From: Felis catus | Taxonomy: Eukaryota | Direction of reading: 5' to 3' | Assembly: GCF_018350175.1 (NCBI RefSeq) | Contig: NC_058368.1 | Location: 34,536,001 to 34,600,000, forward strand | Length of the DNA stretch: 64,000 nucleotides | In this document: piece by piece, positions 49,826-63,114 of the stretch | Layout: every line of letters starts with the position of its first letter | Position numbering within the stretch: position 1 is the stretch's first letter | Notes under the pieces: model-generated | The model's input: the letters and a program-made list of their open reading frames with translations, nothing else | Databases searched by the model: none | What the model was told of the DNA's origin: nothing | Made by a program: the position numbers and the translations under genes

Positions 49826-52800
49826 AACTGTTTACCTTTTAACTGTATTAATTGGTTACATATTATCCAAATGTAAATCCATTATCATTGTTCTTAATGT
49901 ATGCCTCATTTAAAGGATGAATTATTAAAATGTTGGTCTCTAAATTGATGAAACTAAAATTTAATCTATACTGAATTGGAGACAGAAGAATGACCCGCAA
50001 ATTGGGAGGCTGAAGGTTGTTATAAGAAAACACCAAAATTGTAATCATGAAATTACCTCTATCTTTCAACGATTACGGCTTCTAAATCTTACTGGATCCA
50101 GTTTTAAATTTGCATTTTAGCAACAAATTTTATGAAGAATCCATTTCAATCTTTAAAGTTGTATATGTAGTCTAATGTATCAACTTTATTTGTAAAGGAG
50201 TATGTTTACATTATTTATGAATAAAATGGAAAAAAACATATTTAGAGTGTGTGTAGTCATTTTTTAAAAACTGGTTGAAGTTTGCACAGAAAAGCATTCA
50301 GAAAATGCTGTGATAGAAAATGCATATCTAAAAATTTTTGTGAATTTGACTTTATCTTCAGGAACTTTCTGGAAGCAAGCCCAAACCTCTAGTATTATTT
50401 AGGAAAATGCTAAATTAAAATAGTGATATATCGTACAAGTCACAGTCTTTTTATTCTATGCTGACAAGAAACATGCACATGTATCTTTCATTCTTGATTA
50501 ACTTTAACTAAACATTAGATCCATGTAAGTGGGAATTCGTATTCTTTCCAGAAACCTTGACGTCCACAAAAGAATATTTTAATTAGGTAGTTCTATTGAT
50601 CAGTTGGAGAAATATTTTAAGTACTAAGTAAGACACTAAATTTATTTTCTGAACTGGTACATGCTTTCATTTTTTATTTACTTGAATTGTCAGAACTATT
50701 GAGAAAATGAAGGTTTGTTAAAGGATTTCTATTAATTCAGTCTGATTACCATTGAATCTTATAATCAGCTTCATATTTTAGCATGAATAACATGTAATTT
50801 TGCAGCCTGGGAAACAACATTTGGTTTTTACATCTTTATCAACATCAATCCAAGGCTGCAAGTTACTTATTAAATAGCACAATTTGGTTTAAATTCAGCT
50901 CATCAAATATGAGTTTCTCATCTCTCTGTTTAAGATAATTTAACTTTCTGGGGGTGGGGGGGGAAGCTATCATGTTGATGTTGCACAATTCATTAATAAA
51001 AACACAAGCAGCTATATTTCAGTGTAGGTTTTGCAACGATAGATTGCCAAAAACTTCTGCAATTTCTACTTTGAAAACTGGAGTCCACCTGTACTCATAT
51101 TATGCAGGCAATATTTATATATTTCCTCTATGGCAGATAAGAGATTTAATATTTCTATACATCTTTAGGAAGAAGTGAGAGAGCCCGGTTTTCCATACAT
51201 GGCAATCATCTTTAACTGGCAGCATTTGTGACAGAATAAACTCCATTAACTTGTTCTATTAGTGCTCTGTGCAGTCAGCAAGATCAATGCTGCATAAAAT
51301 GATGAAATGACTAACAGACTTCCTCAGAGTCCTGCCGAGTGCTTTATGCCACCCAGAATATATAATTACTGCTCACATAAACAGGTAGAATTTGGTATTC
51401 TATTGCTCAGGCAATCCCTGGAAATTCAAGTTCTTAATGAGAAGAATAAAAATAAAGTCTTTCCTGTCTGTGCATACAAAATCATTTATTATACTTTTAT
51501 TATGGACCTGTTATATGAAAAATAAAACTGTAGAGTAAAACCTAATCTCTTTTTTTTATTGGTTAATATGATGACCAAACAACTTGGCACAACCTAAAGA
51601 GCTTCAGACAGAAGAGATTTTCTGACCAGATGTCTCCCCAAAGCCCATTAGTTACTTGTGGACAGCAGAACACAAGGTGAGCCAAAAACAGAGGAAATAG
51701 GAGCTAATGAAGCCAGCAGACCTGAGGATACTTTACCGAATATAAGTAAACAAGAGACAGATATCACACCATTAAAAATAATCCAAGCTGCGTGTTTTGA
51801 AACAGGTATCTTGCTCTGGAGACGCCACAGCTGCTGGTACTTATCTGAAGAGAGGTGTTCTCTACTAGGAAACCTCATGCAACAAGGAACATTAGCCACT
51901 TCAGAAATATAAATGGGATTTTTCTTTCCTTCTGCCTCCATTTTCTGCTGTCTGCCTTTCCTCTCCACCACCCTCCCCTGCTTGCCCATTTGAGATGAAA
52001 GCTAGCTTCAGAGCTGACTAGCTGCATGGGCCTGCCAATACAAACCTTGAGTATATTACATTTTAGTCTAACAAAATATAGGAAGCATGAAGCTAAGCAA
52101 TCACAAAGAAAATGATTGAAAGGAAGAGGCAGAACAGATGTAGAATGAGAAGCATGAAAAAAAAATCAACATTAAAATCAAATCCAAGCCATTTTTTGCT
52201 AGCAAGAATGAGTCTATGATTTGCAGATTGAATATAACTAAGAAGAAAGGTATTTTTCATAACAATGATTTATATATTCAGCCTTTTGTTGGAAAAGGAT
52301 TCTTTTTGTACTATAGCAGTATCTCTTCTTGCTCTTATATTTAAAGGTCTTTTTGCATTTCCATTATAAACCCTTAGAATGAGTGTTTTGTAACTTGGCC
52401 ACAAAAATGCACTGCAGATAGAAATTTTAAATTCAAGATATTATTCTTGCGGTGGATTTTCTAGGCTATTAACATTTTCATCTGTCCATTTGTGAGTTAA
52501 TAAGACTATATGACTTGTTTAAATGTTCTAGTTATAGACAATTGTTAATGCTTCCCTACATAAGTTTTTTTTCCTGAAATAAAATTAAAACTAAATGATG
52601 TAACAGTCTCTTCTGAATCAGTAGTTTCGTGTTTATAACATCCATGTTATCAGGAAGTGAAAGTGAATGATTTGGATTTATTAAAGAGGCTGTATAAATC
52701 ATGCAATCAGAACAAAGTGACAGAAGTTATTTTTGATCCACAGAATCACTGAAAATTAGAGTGGTAAAGAAATTAAAAGTCACTTAATGTGGTTAGGGTA

Positions 52801-53126
52801 TAATAACCAAAGCAATACTCCAATTACCAAAGCAATATTACTCCAAGACATAACCAAAGTTTATGTGTCTGCTATGCAATATAGTCATAGAAATTTCCTT
52901 AAATTTTGCTCAGGATCAAATTAAGGTTTTGTCCATAAACAATTGAATGAAGGACATCACTTCCCTCAGAGTAAGTTCAAACTCATAGTGTGTCTATTCT
53001 GACTTCCATTTGACCTCAGAGAAATGTCAATAGAGAGAGCATATTGTATTTATATAACTCTATTCAATATCAAGGTTTATCACATTTTCCAAATTTTTCT
53101 CCCAGATTGTACTTAGAAATTTGTTA

Positions 53127-53350
53127 GGGGGAGCCTGGGTGGCTCAGTCGGTTGAGCGTCCGACTTCGGCTCAGGTCACGATCTTGCGGTATGTGAGTTC
53201 GAGCCCCGCGTCCGGCTCTGTGCTGACTGCTCAGAGCCTGGAGCCTGTTTCAGATTCTGTGTCTCCCTCTCTCTCTGACCCTCCCCCGTTCATGCTTTGT
53301 CTCTCTCTGTCTCAAAAATAAATAAACGTTAAAAAAAATAAAAAAAAAAA
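53127..53350 (+). mobile_element. Young felid SINE
   Basis: CpG-rich, B-box GAGTTCGAGCC, long A tail; perfect TSD AGAAATTTGTTA at 53115-53126 and 53351-53362. Confidence 0.96.
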
Positions 53351-53494
53351 AGAAATTTGTTAGGAGGGATCGTAAGAACTATGGCCTAGAATAAGGTATA
53401 TTTGAGTAAGTATGTATGTCTAGACTCATTTGTGTTATAAGAATATTAAGGAAGGTGTCAAAGATTGTCCACTTCTTTAATTCAAGTAAAAACA

Positions 53495-56160
53495 AAATAC
53501 TCATTTGTCATATATACAAAGTGCTATTCCAGATCCTAGGGAATCAACAAAACATTATCCTATCTTTATATAATTCACACTCTAACAGAGGAAAAATATA
53601 AATATTGATCAACTAGATAGATTGTGATATATCCTATGACAGCTTTATGCATGCGGTGCTATGTAAATAGAACATAGAACTGTCTTTTCCAGTCTGGGGA
53701 GTCAGAAGATCCTCTTCATACACACAAAATTTTCTCCAAGTATTCCAGATAAGAAAAGTGTTAACATATTCAACAAATAAAAAGCCAGAACAAAACAAAA
53801 GAAAAAACAGTAGAGAAAAGGACATTTTCAACACAAAAATTATGAGTATATATAAATACACACAGGAGGGAAAAGGCAAAGAACAATAAATAAAAGACTA
53901 AAGAAGAATGAAGAGGCAAGGAGTAGTGAGAGTTAAAATTATAAAGATACGCATAGTTTAGAAGGTTAGGCAATGCAGGGCTTTTCTATCATACTAAAAG
54001 TCTGTTACTTACAATAGAAGTCATGTGTAACTGTTGAAAACTGAATACTCTGATGTGATCAAATATGAGTTTCAGCTAAGATGTTCTGTTGACAAAGCTA
54101 GACCAATGAGGAAACAATCCAAATAAACCTTTGTCTAGGCTATTCATACTAAGTGTGGAGAGGATGCAACACAAAAATCATAATAAAAAATAAAAATAAA
54201 GTTTGATAAACAGGAAAGAGGTAACACCAAGTGTCATCAAGAATATGAGAAAATATAATGAGTTTATTTGAAGGTATTTGGAATTTGAGGGGATCCAGAG
54301 ATAACCAAGAGTATCTTTGCCTATCACATTTTCAATACTGGATTCTTAGTTAATATTGAAGCTGTAAAATAATGACAAAGAGATAGGGTGAGAATATTAC
54401 CAGAAACCTGAGGAATGCCATGTTTATAAGTTAGGAGCCCATAAAAGACACTGAGAGGCAAGAGTCAAAGTAGAACAGGATAAGTTTGGGGTTATATGAA
54501 GTGCAGGAAGTTAAAAGAACTTAGTATCATAAAATGCAGAAGAAACCGATAAGAAGACAAATACTGGAATTACTGGGGTGGCTGGGTGGCTCAGTGGGTT
54601 GAGTGTCTGACTTTGACTCAGGTCACGATCTCACAGTTCATGAGTTTGAGCCCTGCGTCGGGCTTTGTGCTGACAGCATGGGGCCTGAAGCCCGCTTCCA
54701 GCTCTGTGTCTCCCTCTCTCTCTGTCCCTCCCCTGTGATGCTCTCTCTCTCTCTCTCTCAAAACCAAATAAACATTAATTATTTTTGGAAGACAAATACT
54801 GAAAGTTTCTACTTGCTTTGAACAAAGAGGTGAAGAACTGAGTTGATTCAGTGCAATTGGAGTAGAAGCATGATTACAGTAGGTTGAAGACTGGATGGGA
54901 GGTAACCGAATAGAGCTTAAAACACCATGAAAGTAGAATAAGTTCTATCTCGTTTTTCATAGAATATCCAGGCATAGCATAGAGCCTGACATCAGAAAGG
55001 TTTTCAATAATAGTGTGTTAGTGGATAGACCCAAATGAACTGATTCATCACTTTTCTTTCCAGAAATGGAACTGAAAGAGAAGAAAATAAATTGAGCCTA
55101 TAGTTACTGGGGAATGTAGTATTTAGAAATTTCATTTTCATGTATTTCTGTGTAGAAATCCAAAAGCAGTTCTTGGCATTAGAAAATCAAAATTTGAACA
55201 GAAAAGACATTGATGAAGAGGTAAATTATGAAACAAGTTCTAAGAGATGAGATTGTGTAGGATCAAGGGTAAAAGTGTGACAGTCTTATTCCCTCAGCTT
55301 GGAGGGAAAGAATTCTGGTTGAGTATGATGTAGATAAGTGTTGGGGGGTGTGGAGGGTAGGGTTTCGAATGTCTGACATGATTACAACATAAATTTTACA
55401 CTTTTTCGTATAGAAGAAGACAAAGCAAATTTTTGAAGCCAAAAAGCAGGAGGCTGGCTAAAGATTGTAAGAAAAGTTGTCAAATTTCAGAAAAGAGAAT
55501 TATAGATAATAAGCAAGAAAAGCAATTGATAAGCAGCATTAGGTTAGAAACGTCAATTTATAATATCATCCATTTATAAAGCTAAGCAATTTGGGGGTAA
55601 AAGAGAAAGGAAAACAAGAGTTTAAAGGAATTGACCAGTTCTACAACCATCTTCTTTGATGCTCAAAGTAGGGAAATAAAGCCAGAGGGTGCTTGGCCTT
55701 ACGAAAAGGAAAAGAGAAAAAAATTTGGAGATTTTTAGGAGGGTGAAGAGCAAGGGTTAATGAACTAAGGGTATGAGATAGAAGGGATAAGTGATTTGAT
55801 CAGGAAGTGAGATATTAGCATTTAATATGCCTGAGATGGAGAAAGATGTTAACCCATAGGATATGGCTATGGAAAGTCAGTGGCTCACTATACAAGGGTG
55901 AAAATTACTGGAATTATACGGATCAAACTACTTTTTAAGCTAAGATGTAAGAAAGGTTCTTCACATAGGTATTACAATGACTCAAAATGGTAGCACAGCT
56001 GGACATAGAAAAGAAATCAATAAGCCAGGTGCAAAGTATTCATGATAGGTCAGACCAGTCATTGATAGTGATAACATCATTCAGGATGCATAGCTGGTGG
56101 GGTAATCTAGTGGCATGAGATTTAAAGAATGGTCTTTCTATTAGAATAGAATCCAAGGGC
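53495..56160 (-). mobile_element. Long degenerate L2 fragment(s)
   Basis: Purine-rich antisense L2 character, starting with an L2 3'-end layout (AAGTGCTATTCCAGATCCTAGGGAAT ... TTCACACTCTAACAGAGG); interrupted by a SINE. Confidence 0.5.
54575..54787 (+). mobile_element. Can-SINE (SINEC_Fc-like)
   Basis: GGGGTGGCTGGGTGGCTCAG head; TSD GAAGACAAATACTG at 54553-54566 and 54788-54801. Confidence 0.93.
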
Positions 56161-58171
56161 TAGGATAAATGACATAAAATACACATATAATTTCGACATT
56201 ACAATTAAAACTTCAATTTACATTAGATTGCTTTTAGTTCAAAATTTTTATTGTGTGCATTTTGTATCATTTCATGGGTTATTTACTGTGGATGTATAGA
56301 TGATTAAGAAAATGTGTGTGTAATTGAAGAGCTCGAAAACTACTAGGAGCTCACAGTTTATCAGATCTTATAACTGGAAAAGGTTTTACATGTAAATGAG
56401 TTCATAAACATCAAACCTATCATTATTTTTATCCATAATTTGCAGCTAATTGTTTACTTAGAATCTGCTAAGGATAGTGATTGGTTTATGAAGTCAGATC
56501 AAACCTATCCCTGCCTTTAAAAGAATAATAATCTATTTGTAAGTAAAATGAAAGAGTAATATGACATATCACATAAGTGATAAAGGCACTACGTGTTTCA
56601 GGAATTTGGAAAGGGAAACCAGGCCATGTTAGCTTATTTTCTTGTAAGCCTCAAAGAGTGCTTCCTCAATAATCACCACACTGTTATTGTTTTGATTTAA
56701 AAAATGAATGGAGTGAAAGATATTCTAGAGGGCATTTATAGAACATCCTCAGACATTCTAGAGGGCATTTATAGAAAACAGAGCATCCTCTGAATTGGCT
56801 CATTCCCTGCTGGATCTGCCTAGGGGAATAAAGATAATTATGGTGATGAGTTGTATCATTATTATTTTAATTTATTGAGTGCTAATGGTACACTCAGCAA
56901 TGTGGTAAATAACAAAGAGGAAATGATCACTCCAGCCTCAGGACAGAGGCAGAACACAATAACACACAGTGATATGGAAGGGGAGGGCAAGTCCAATGCT
57001 CAGTGGCTTTTTAGAACAACTAAACATGGAACAGATGATTCAAGCTGATCTAACAAATATTGATCAATTTGTTGTTGCAATTGATATAAAAAAGTCACTG
57101 ACCCTTATTCTTGAGGATAAAAATGGGAAGTAAAACCACAGTCAGAATGATGAGACCATAATATAATAGGCAATGGTGGATAGAATGTTTACCTTGGGCT
57201 TATGAATCTTTTTTCTGAATCATCTGAGGTAGAGAATATGCCCATGATTGCCAAAAATCTAAATGTCTCCAAGAATATAGGAGACTACGATGTCTCAGGA
57301 GAAATAGAATTATGTATCCTCAAGTCAGATTCAGGTGAGAGTCTTACTTATGTCTTCCATCTTGGAAGGGGTATGTCTTCCAATTCCACCCAAATGGAAT
57401 TGAAGATAATTTTGGAAACTTAAAAATTAAGTAGTGAGAAAGTAGAAAGATTATTAGTAAAAGAGTGTTCTCCATCTTTCATTATTTTTCATACTTCCCC
57501 ACTTATGAACCTTTTCTTAATAAATGACAGAATCCACATTGAATCTAGGAAAATTGAAATTGCTATAATTTCAGGAGAAAGACAGATAGTGCTCAGCTTT
57601 TGGACATTCACAGTGTTCACAGTGGTCTTTGGGGAATTGAAAGGAATTCACTGAAAGGAGCTGAAATGAAGAATAATGTTATAGAAAGAACTTGGTAGAT
57701 AATTCAAGGAAAGCCAGATTACCCTGCTGCAGGCTAAAAAGAGAAGAGGGGAATATTGCCCCTAGAGGGTGAAATGGGGTCACCAATCCTGGGGGAGTGG
57801 TGAGCTTGAGGAGAGAAGAATCAACAGTGAGAGGTCCCTAATATTTCTTTGCCCAAAGCCAGGGAGATCTGAGGATCCCAACCAGTATTTTCATACCATC
57901 ATCTGACATTTTAGTGAGCATGTCACATATCCCATGCTGAGCAAGCATGTTATTTCTTCTTATCACTCTTGGGAAATAGCTTTCCATCTGCAGCTGTCTG
58001 AAATGGCTTTTGGATCTAAATAAGAAGGTAGCCTGTCCCTGCCTCAAAGATGCCAGATCTTAACTTATATTGCTTTATGTTGACCATCTTGATTCCCAAT
58101 GTCCTAGGGCACTCATTTATGCCTATGTAACTGAGGTTGGAGATCTTGACAACAAAATGTCCTGAGGAAAA

Positions 58172-58240
58172 ATATAGCGTGCTTAAGAATGAGGGATTCA
58201 AAGTCAGACGGACCTATATTCAAATCCTAGCTTCTTAATC
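58172..58240 (+). mobile_element. MIR 5' fragment
   Basis: ATAGCGTGCTTAAGAAT ... AGTCAGACGGACCTATATTCAAATCCTAGCT, a tRNA-like MIR head. Confidence 0.6.
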
Positions 58241-59374
58241 TTGTTCCTAATTATACATCATCAAAAGAATTACTTCTTCATATTAACTATATGATAACTG
58301 AACGGATTAAGGGTCTTCAAGGATAGAAAACACTTCATTTAGTTCCATCAACATGATCGGACAATGATTAAATATCTGCAATCCAGATTCTAGAGTTTGT
58401 CACAAGAACACCACAGCTGTTTCACTATAGCCCCTCTGTTTGGCCAGCTCTGGACTGTCTGGATATACTGCAGATAGACCAAGATTGTGCCATAAGAAAA
58501 TTCTCATCACATTATGCTACTTTCATTTTTTAAATAAGAAAAAATTTCATTAATACATTGTCAAACAAGAATTCAGGTGTGGAGAAGGAATTCACATTAT
58601 TCTATTCAAACGGGAAATTTTATTGTAAGATTACATGTTTGAGTTAAAGTCAGTAAGGCTGTCAATACCCCAGAAGACATGGGGATCAATGAAAAGGGGC
58701 GACAGTTATAGCAGGGACTTAACATTAAGGGAATGATTCAGGGGTAAGAGTTTGATGGTATGTGTAGGAGTAATCATTGGTTAGGGGGATGTGATCATGG
58801 GAAAGAAACTGTCATGCTTCGAACATCTCCATAAGTCTCATAGTCTTATGGTGGCACTGCTTCCTGCAAATTACTTTTATCATTATCTTCAAGATAATCA
58901 TGTCAAGATGATAGTTTTTTTAAAAGTTATGATTAGAAATCTCCTTCTGTTATGAATCTCTTCAGACAATTTCCCTTGCCATCTTCTTCCTCTCTCCCTA
59001 TTATTCCACACATGTTGCATAAATAAACAGTTCTTTGATAACTCCAGGCAGCAAACAGAAAATAATAATATGTATTGGCTCCAAGACACATATTTTTACA
59101 TGTTAATATTAATGGAATCTGACTGTATCTCACAACTGATGGTGTACAAAAATTAAATGACAGGGCATTTTCTTTCTTGAGGGCACATGACAAACTATAT
59201 ATTACAGTGGATGGCATCTTAGAGTTGATAAAATACAGTATACTCTTTGGCTAGTATAGGGAGTAGAGTTGTAAGATCATTTATAGAAGATCATGACAGA
59301 ATTGGAGGAAAGAAAAGTACGATTATCAACAAAGGGGATTCTGAATTTTAAGATGTAACACACAAGGATGAATA

Positions 59375-59535
59375 ATGAAAGGAACACAAATTCTGTCACT
59401 TGAGAGACCTAGGCTGAAAACCACAGGGCCTACATGAAACATTTAGTATCATTGTGATATGGAAAACTTATTTTAACTTTTCTGAGTTTTAGCTCTCAGC
59501 TATGAGATGAGATGATAATATCTTTAGGGCTTTAG
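59375..59535 (+). mobile_element. MIR fragment
   Basis: TTGTGATATGGAAAACTTATTTTAACTTTTCTGAGTTTTAGCTCTC resembles the MIR core. Confidence 0.5.
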
Positions 59536-60442
59536 ATATATGACCAAACCTTCAACATCTATTACATATTTTTAAAAAATAAAAAATGTATTATAATGCT
59601 ACTATTAGAAAAGTAATGTGGTATGTGCTTCTATTTATCTGTTTATAGGGTAAAAAATGGCTGTTGTTCCATTTCCGACCTTCCTCTTTACCATATCATT
59701 AGTGATGCTTCACAGAGATGCCCCTCTGCCGCAATGTTTATTTGTTCTTGAAATCACTTGAATACACATAATTGCCCTTTTTGTTGTTTTAATTTAAGTA
59801 TTACCACTTAACCTCACAATTTTCTGACAAATAACTTTTGTTGAAAATAACGTTACCTGAACTGAACTTGGTTTAATTGATTTATTCAATGGAGACATTA
59901 AGAATAGCATTTGAAAAGCTCAAATTAGTCTAAAACTAGTTACAGGAGCTCAGGGATGAAATAATGCCACGATCAAGGTCCTACCTGTCAAAGCATTTCC
60001 ACTATAGAATTCTTTGAAATAAATTCCATTTTTAGTTCCTGGGACTACAAAGCCTCTAAATGACAATTGTTCATTGCATCACAAGTGACAAGGTATTTAT
60101 GTCATATTCTGTAAGCATCAAAATATTAAAGAAAATAACCAACCTCCATGAATGGTAAATAAAATAAATGATTTAGACAATTATAAAAAGAACACTGAGC
60201 TATTAAAATTAGTCTGATCTTTAAGAAATTTCAGCCCAGCAGCACTAATGTTATTAAAAATAGCAAGATCATAACAAGTAGTCATTAGTATTTGCATATG
60301 TGAGTGAGAATGTTCTTAATTACAAATTACATTCTCTAAATTATTTAGAAGCTATAAATCAGCTCAACAAAGAATAACAAGTTTAAGGAGTAAAGTGTTT
60401 CAGAAGATTTTCAAATGCAAATGATGGCAACATCACCACCAC

Positions 60443-60443
<1 letters not shown>

Positions 60444-60478
<35 letters not shown>
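60444..60478. repeat. Poly(A) tract (35 nt)
   Basis: Directly visible. Confidence 0.95.
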
Positions 60479-60480
<2 letters not shown>

Positions 60481-60503
60481 AGAGAGAATTTTTGCTCCTT
60501 TTT

Positions 60504-60697
60504 CTTATTTTTGTAAGCTTATTTATTTTGAGGAGGGGAAGGTGTCAGGGAGAAAGGGAGAGAGAGAGAATCCCAAGCAGGCTCAGCACTGTCAGCACAG
60601 AGCCTGACGTGGTGCTCCAATCCACAAACCATGAGATTATGACCTGAGCTGAAATCAAGAGTTGGATGTTTAATGGACTGAGCCACCCAGGCAACCC
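60504..60697 (-). mobile_element. Can-SINE
   Basis: GACTGAGCCACCCAGGCAACCC head; TSD TG(C/T)TCCTTTTT at 60493 and 60698. Confidence 0.92.
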
Positions 60698-60974
60698 TGT
60701 TCCTTTTTGAAATCAAGCATTTTAGTTGAATATCATGACAGAAATTATAAAACTTTTATAATTTTAGTAATACTACCCTTTAACTGGAATGCTGTGCTTT
60801 GAAAACCTCAAATGTTCATGAAACAGAAGTGAATCAAATGGAGCCCAGGGTTCCCAAAATAGTAGATGTGAAGTTCTACCACTAAGTCATTTGGTTAACA
60901 ACTATTCATCAAATATTTACTATCTGAGAGTCACTGTGCAAAATATTAGGAAAATACTGATAGATCTTGAGACA

Positions 60975-62277
60975 ACTTCCCCATCCACAAAGATGGAGTA
61001 GACATATTTTCCTCTATTCCTCCTACTAAGTAAAACTAAAAAGCCATACTAGATTTTATACAGAAATCAAATGTAAGATGACCCTAAAAGCTGGAGAGAA
61101 TAAGTCAGAGCAGCTAAGGAGCTTGGGACCTAAGGCATGATGATGGTGAGTTCCTTAGACTTTCTTTTCACTTCATATATCCCAGACTGAATCCTGGAGA
61201 AACAGGCAACCTGGAAATGTCAACAGATGTCAATAAAGGTTCACAACAAAAGCCTACTTTCTGTGCCGTAAGACCAGGAAAGATGTAGCCTAGCTAGACA
61301 AAACAATCTTTGGTGATAACTTTATTCCAGTTGAATAGTGCAGAACAAATTGCAGCCCCATCCCAATAAAGGCCAGTGGCAGGCCTAGACTTCCATCTTT
61401 GCCAGGCTGTAGCCAGATGACCTAATTCACCTACCTGGGTGGTACCAGAGAAAAGTGAGTAGGAAGCTAGAACTTTCCTTCTAGCTTGGGAGGAAGCCTT
61501 CCACTCTCACTATCAGTGGAGCAGAGTGAGGAGTAGTGCAAATGTGACTCCAACTCAGCCAGTGTTTTATCATCAGATGCTTAGTCAGGAATCTGAATTT
61601 CCATCCAGTCCAATAGTAAGGAAGAGCTTTTCACTCCTGGGTGTCAAAAGAGGCTGAGTGGAGTACCTACACTTCCACCCCACTTGGAAGTAATAAGGTA
61701 GCACACTTGCCCCCTTCATCCACCACAGCAGTACCAGAGGAAGCCAGTTAAAACATGATACTTAAGTGAGATCCAGTCTTATAATACTGAAAATGTACAT
61801 GTTTCAAATGAATATAACTCATTGTACCATTGACCAGGAAACTCTCAAACTGAATGAAAAAAAGACAACCAACAGACACCATACCAAGATGATGTAGACG
61901 TGAGAAATCTATGACAAGAATTTTAAAGCACTCATTTAACGATGCTTCAATGAACATTTCAAACATGCTTGAAACAAATGAAAAAAGAGAAAACCTCAGT
62001 GAAAATTAAAATATGTGAAGATGAATCAAATTTCCATTTTAGAACCAAAATTTACAATATCTGAAATTAAACTAACTCAATGGATAGGCTCAACAGCAGG
62101 ATGTAGAGGACAGAGTAAAAGAATCAGTGAACTTGAAGAGCACAGTAGAAATTATCCAATTTAAATAAAATGAAAGAAAATAGAATGAAAAAAATAAAAA
62201 ACAGAGCCTCAGAGACCTAGTGGAATATAATAAAAGATTTATCATTTGTGTTATCAGAGTCCCAGAATGAGAGGATT

Positions 62278-62327
<50 letters not shown>

Positions 62328-62395
62328 TGGGGGTAAGGAGAAAGTATGTACAAAATCAACGGCTGAAAATTTCACAAATTGGGGCAGAAATGTGT
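60975..62395 (+). mobile_element. Old L1 5' end (L1MC-like 5'UTR plus ORF1 remnant) within an L2 fragment
   Basis: AAGATGGAGTAGACATATTTTCC, GGTGAGTTCC and CATATATCCCAGACT, then ORF1-like GGATAGGCTCAACAGCAG and AGAATCAGTGAACTTGAAG; (GT)n at 62280-62326; L2-like flanks. Confidence 0.75.
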
Positions 62396-62869
62396 ATACA
62401 ATTTGCCTGTTCCTTGAAAGACTGAATATTCTAATTGTAGAATAAGAATCCAAGTATGTGGAGAAGGGAATAGATGTCAACAAACACAGTATAATGGCAT
62501 AAGTATTACAGTAGATATTTGATAAAAATGCTGATAGAGAGAGATTAACTCTGATCAGAAGAAAGACCTTTCAGAAAGATGAATAAATGTGAATCTAATC
62601 TTAAAGGAAGTATAGAGTTTAGCAAAGCAAAATGCAAAAGAAATATATAGTGAGCTGTGAAAATCTTTGGCTTCTATTTGTTACTTGGGCTCAGAGAGTA
62701 TTCTTGACTTATATTTTATATATGCTTTTAGTGTGAGATGATGTAGACTCTGGGCCTGAAGTAAAGTGGTAGCAGCACATTACACAAAAGGAGAGGTGTG
62801 GGTGGGTTTTAACAATTCTAGAGAATGTTAGCAACAAGTATAACATAGAGAAAGGTTCATATAGGATAT

Positions 62870-63050
62870 TGACCTCCAAAATGGCAGATCAAGACCATGG
62901 TAAAGTCACTTTCCCTCTAAAACAATGATAATGTGGGAAAGACAGCTAAAATCAACATTTCAGAACTCTAGAAATTAACCAGGCACACAGAACAAACTTA
63001 AAATTGTCCCTCTAAGAGAAAGGACTGAACCTCAGTAAGACAGAGGATCA
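62870..63050 (+). mobile_element. Old L1 5'-terminal fragment
   Basis: CAAAATGGCAG, AAAATCAACATTTCAGAACTCTAGAAATTAACC and CTGAACCTCAGTAAGA. Confidence 0.55.
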
Positions 63051-63114
63051 GCACACTTTATCATCAGGCAAGACATGTAGGGAGATATTCTGAATAATCA
63101 TTGATTGTGCATTA

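Noticed and set aside
51648..51989. Hydrophilic 84-aa ORF and antisense 113-aa ORF as a coding exon
   Set aside because: Non-ATG start for the + ORF, no recognisable homology and no clear acceptor; a donor-like AAG|GTGAGC alone is insufficient.
56718..56790. CRISPR-like repeat-spacer array
   Set aside because: Only two units with an 11-bp gap, in mammalian DNA with no cas genes.
57202..57423. 73-aa ATG ORF with a CAG|GTGAGA donor-like site
   Set aside because: No recognisable domain or supporting exons; length expected by chance.
58425..58445. CTCF-like site
   Set aside because: At least three mismatches to the core consensus; the similar site near 59720 is equally weak.
8880..60716. Recurrent MAQSV.../HDLTV... 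ORFs as a peptide family
   Set aside because: All are translations of Can-SINE copies.
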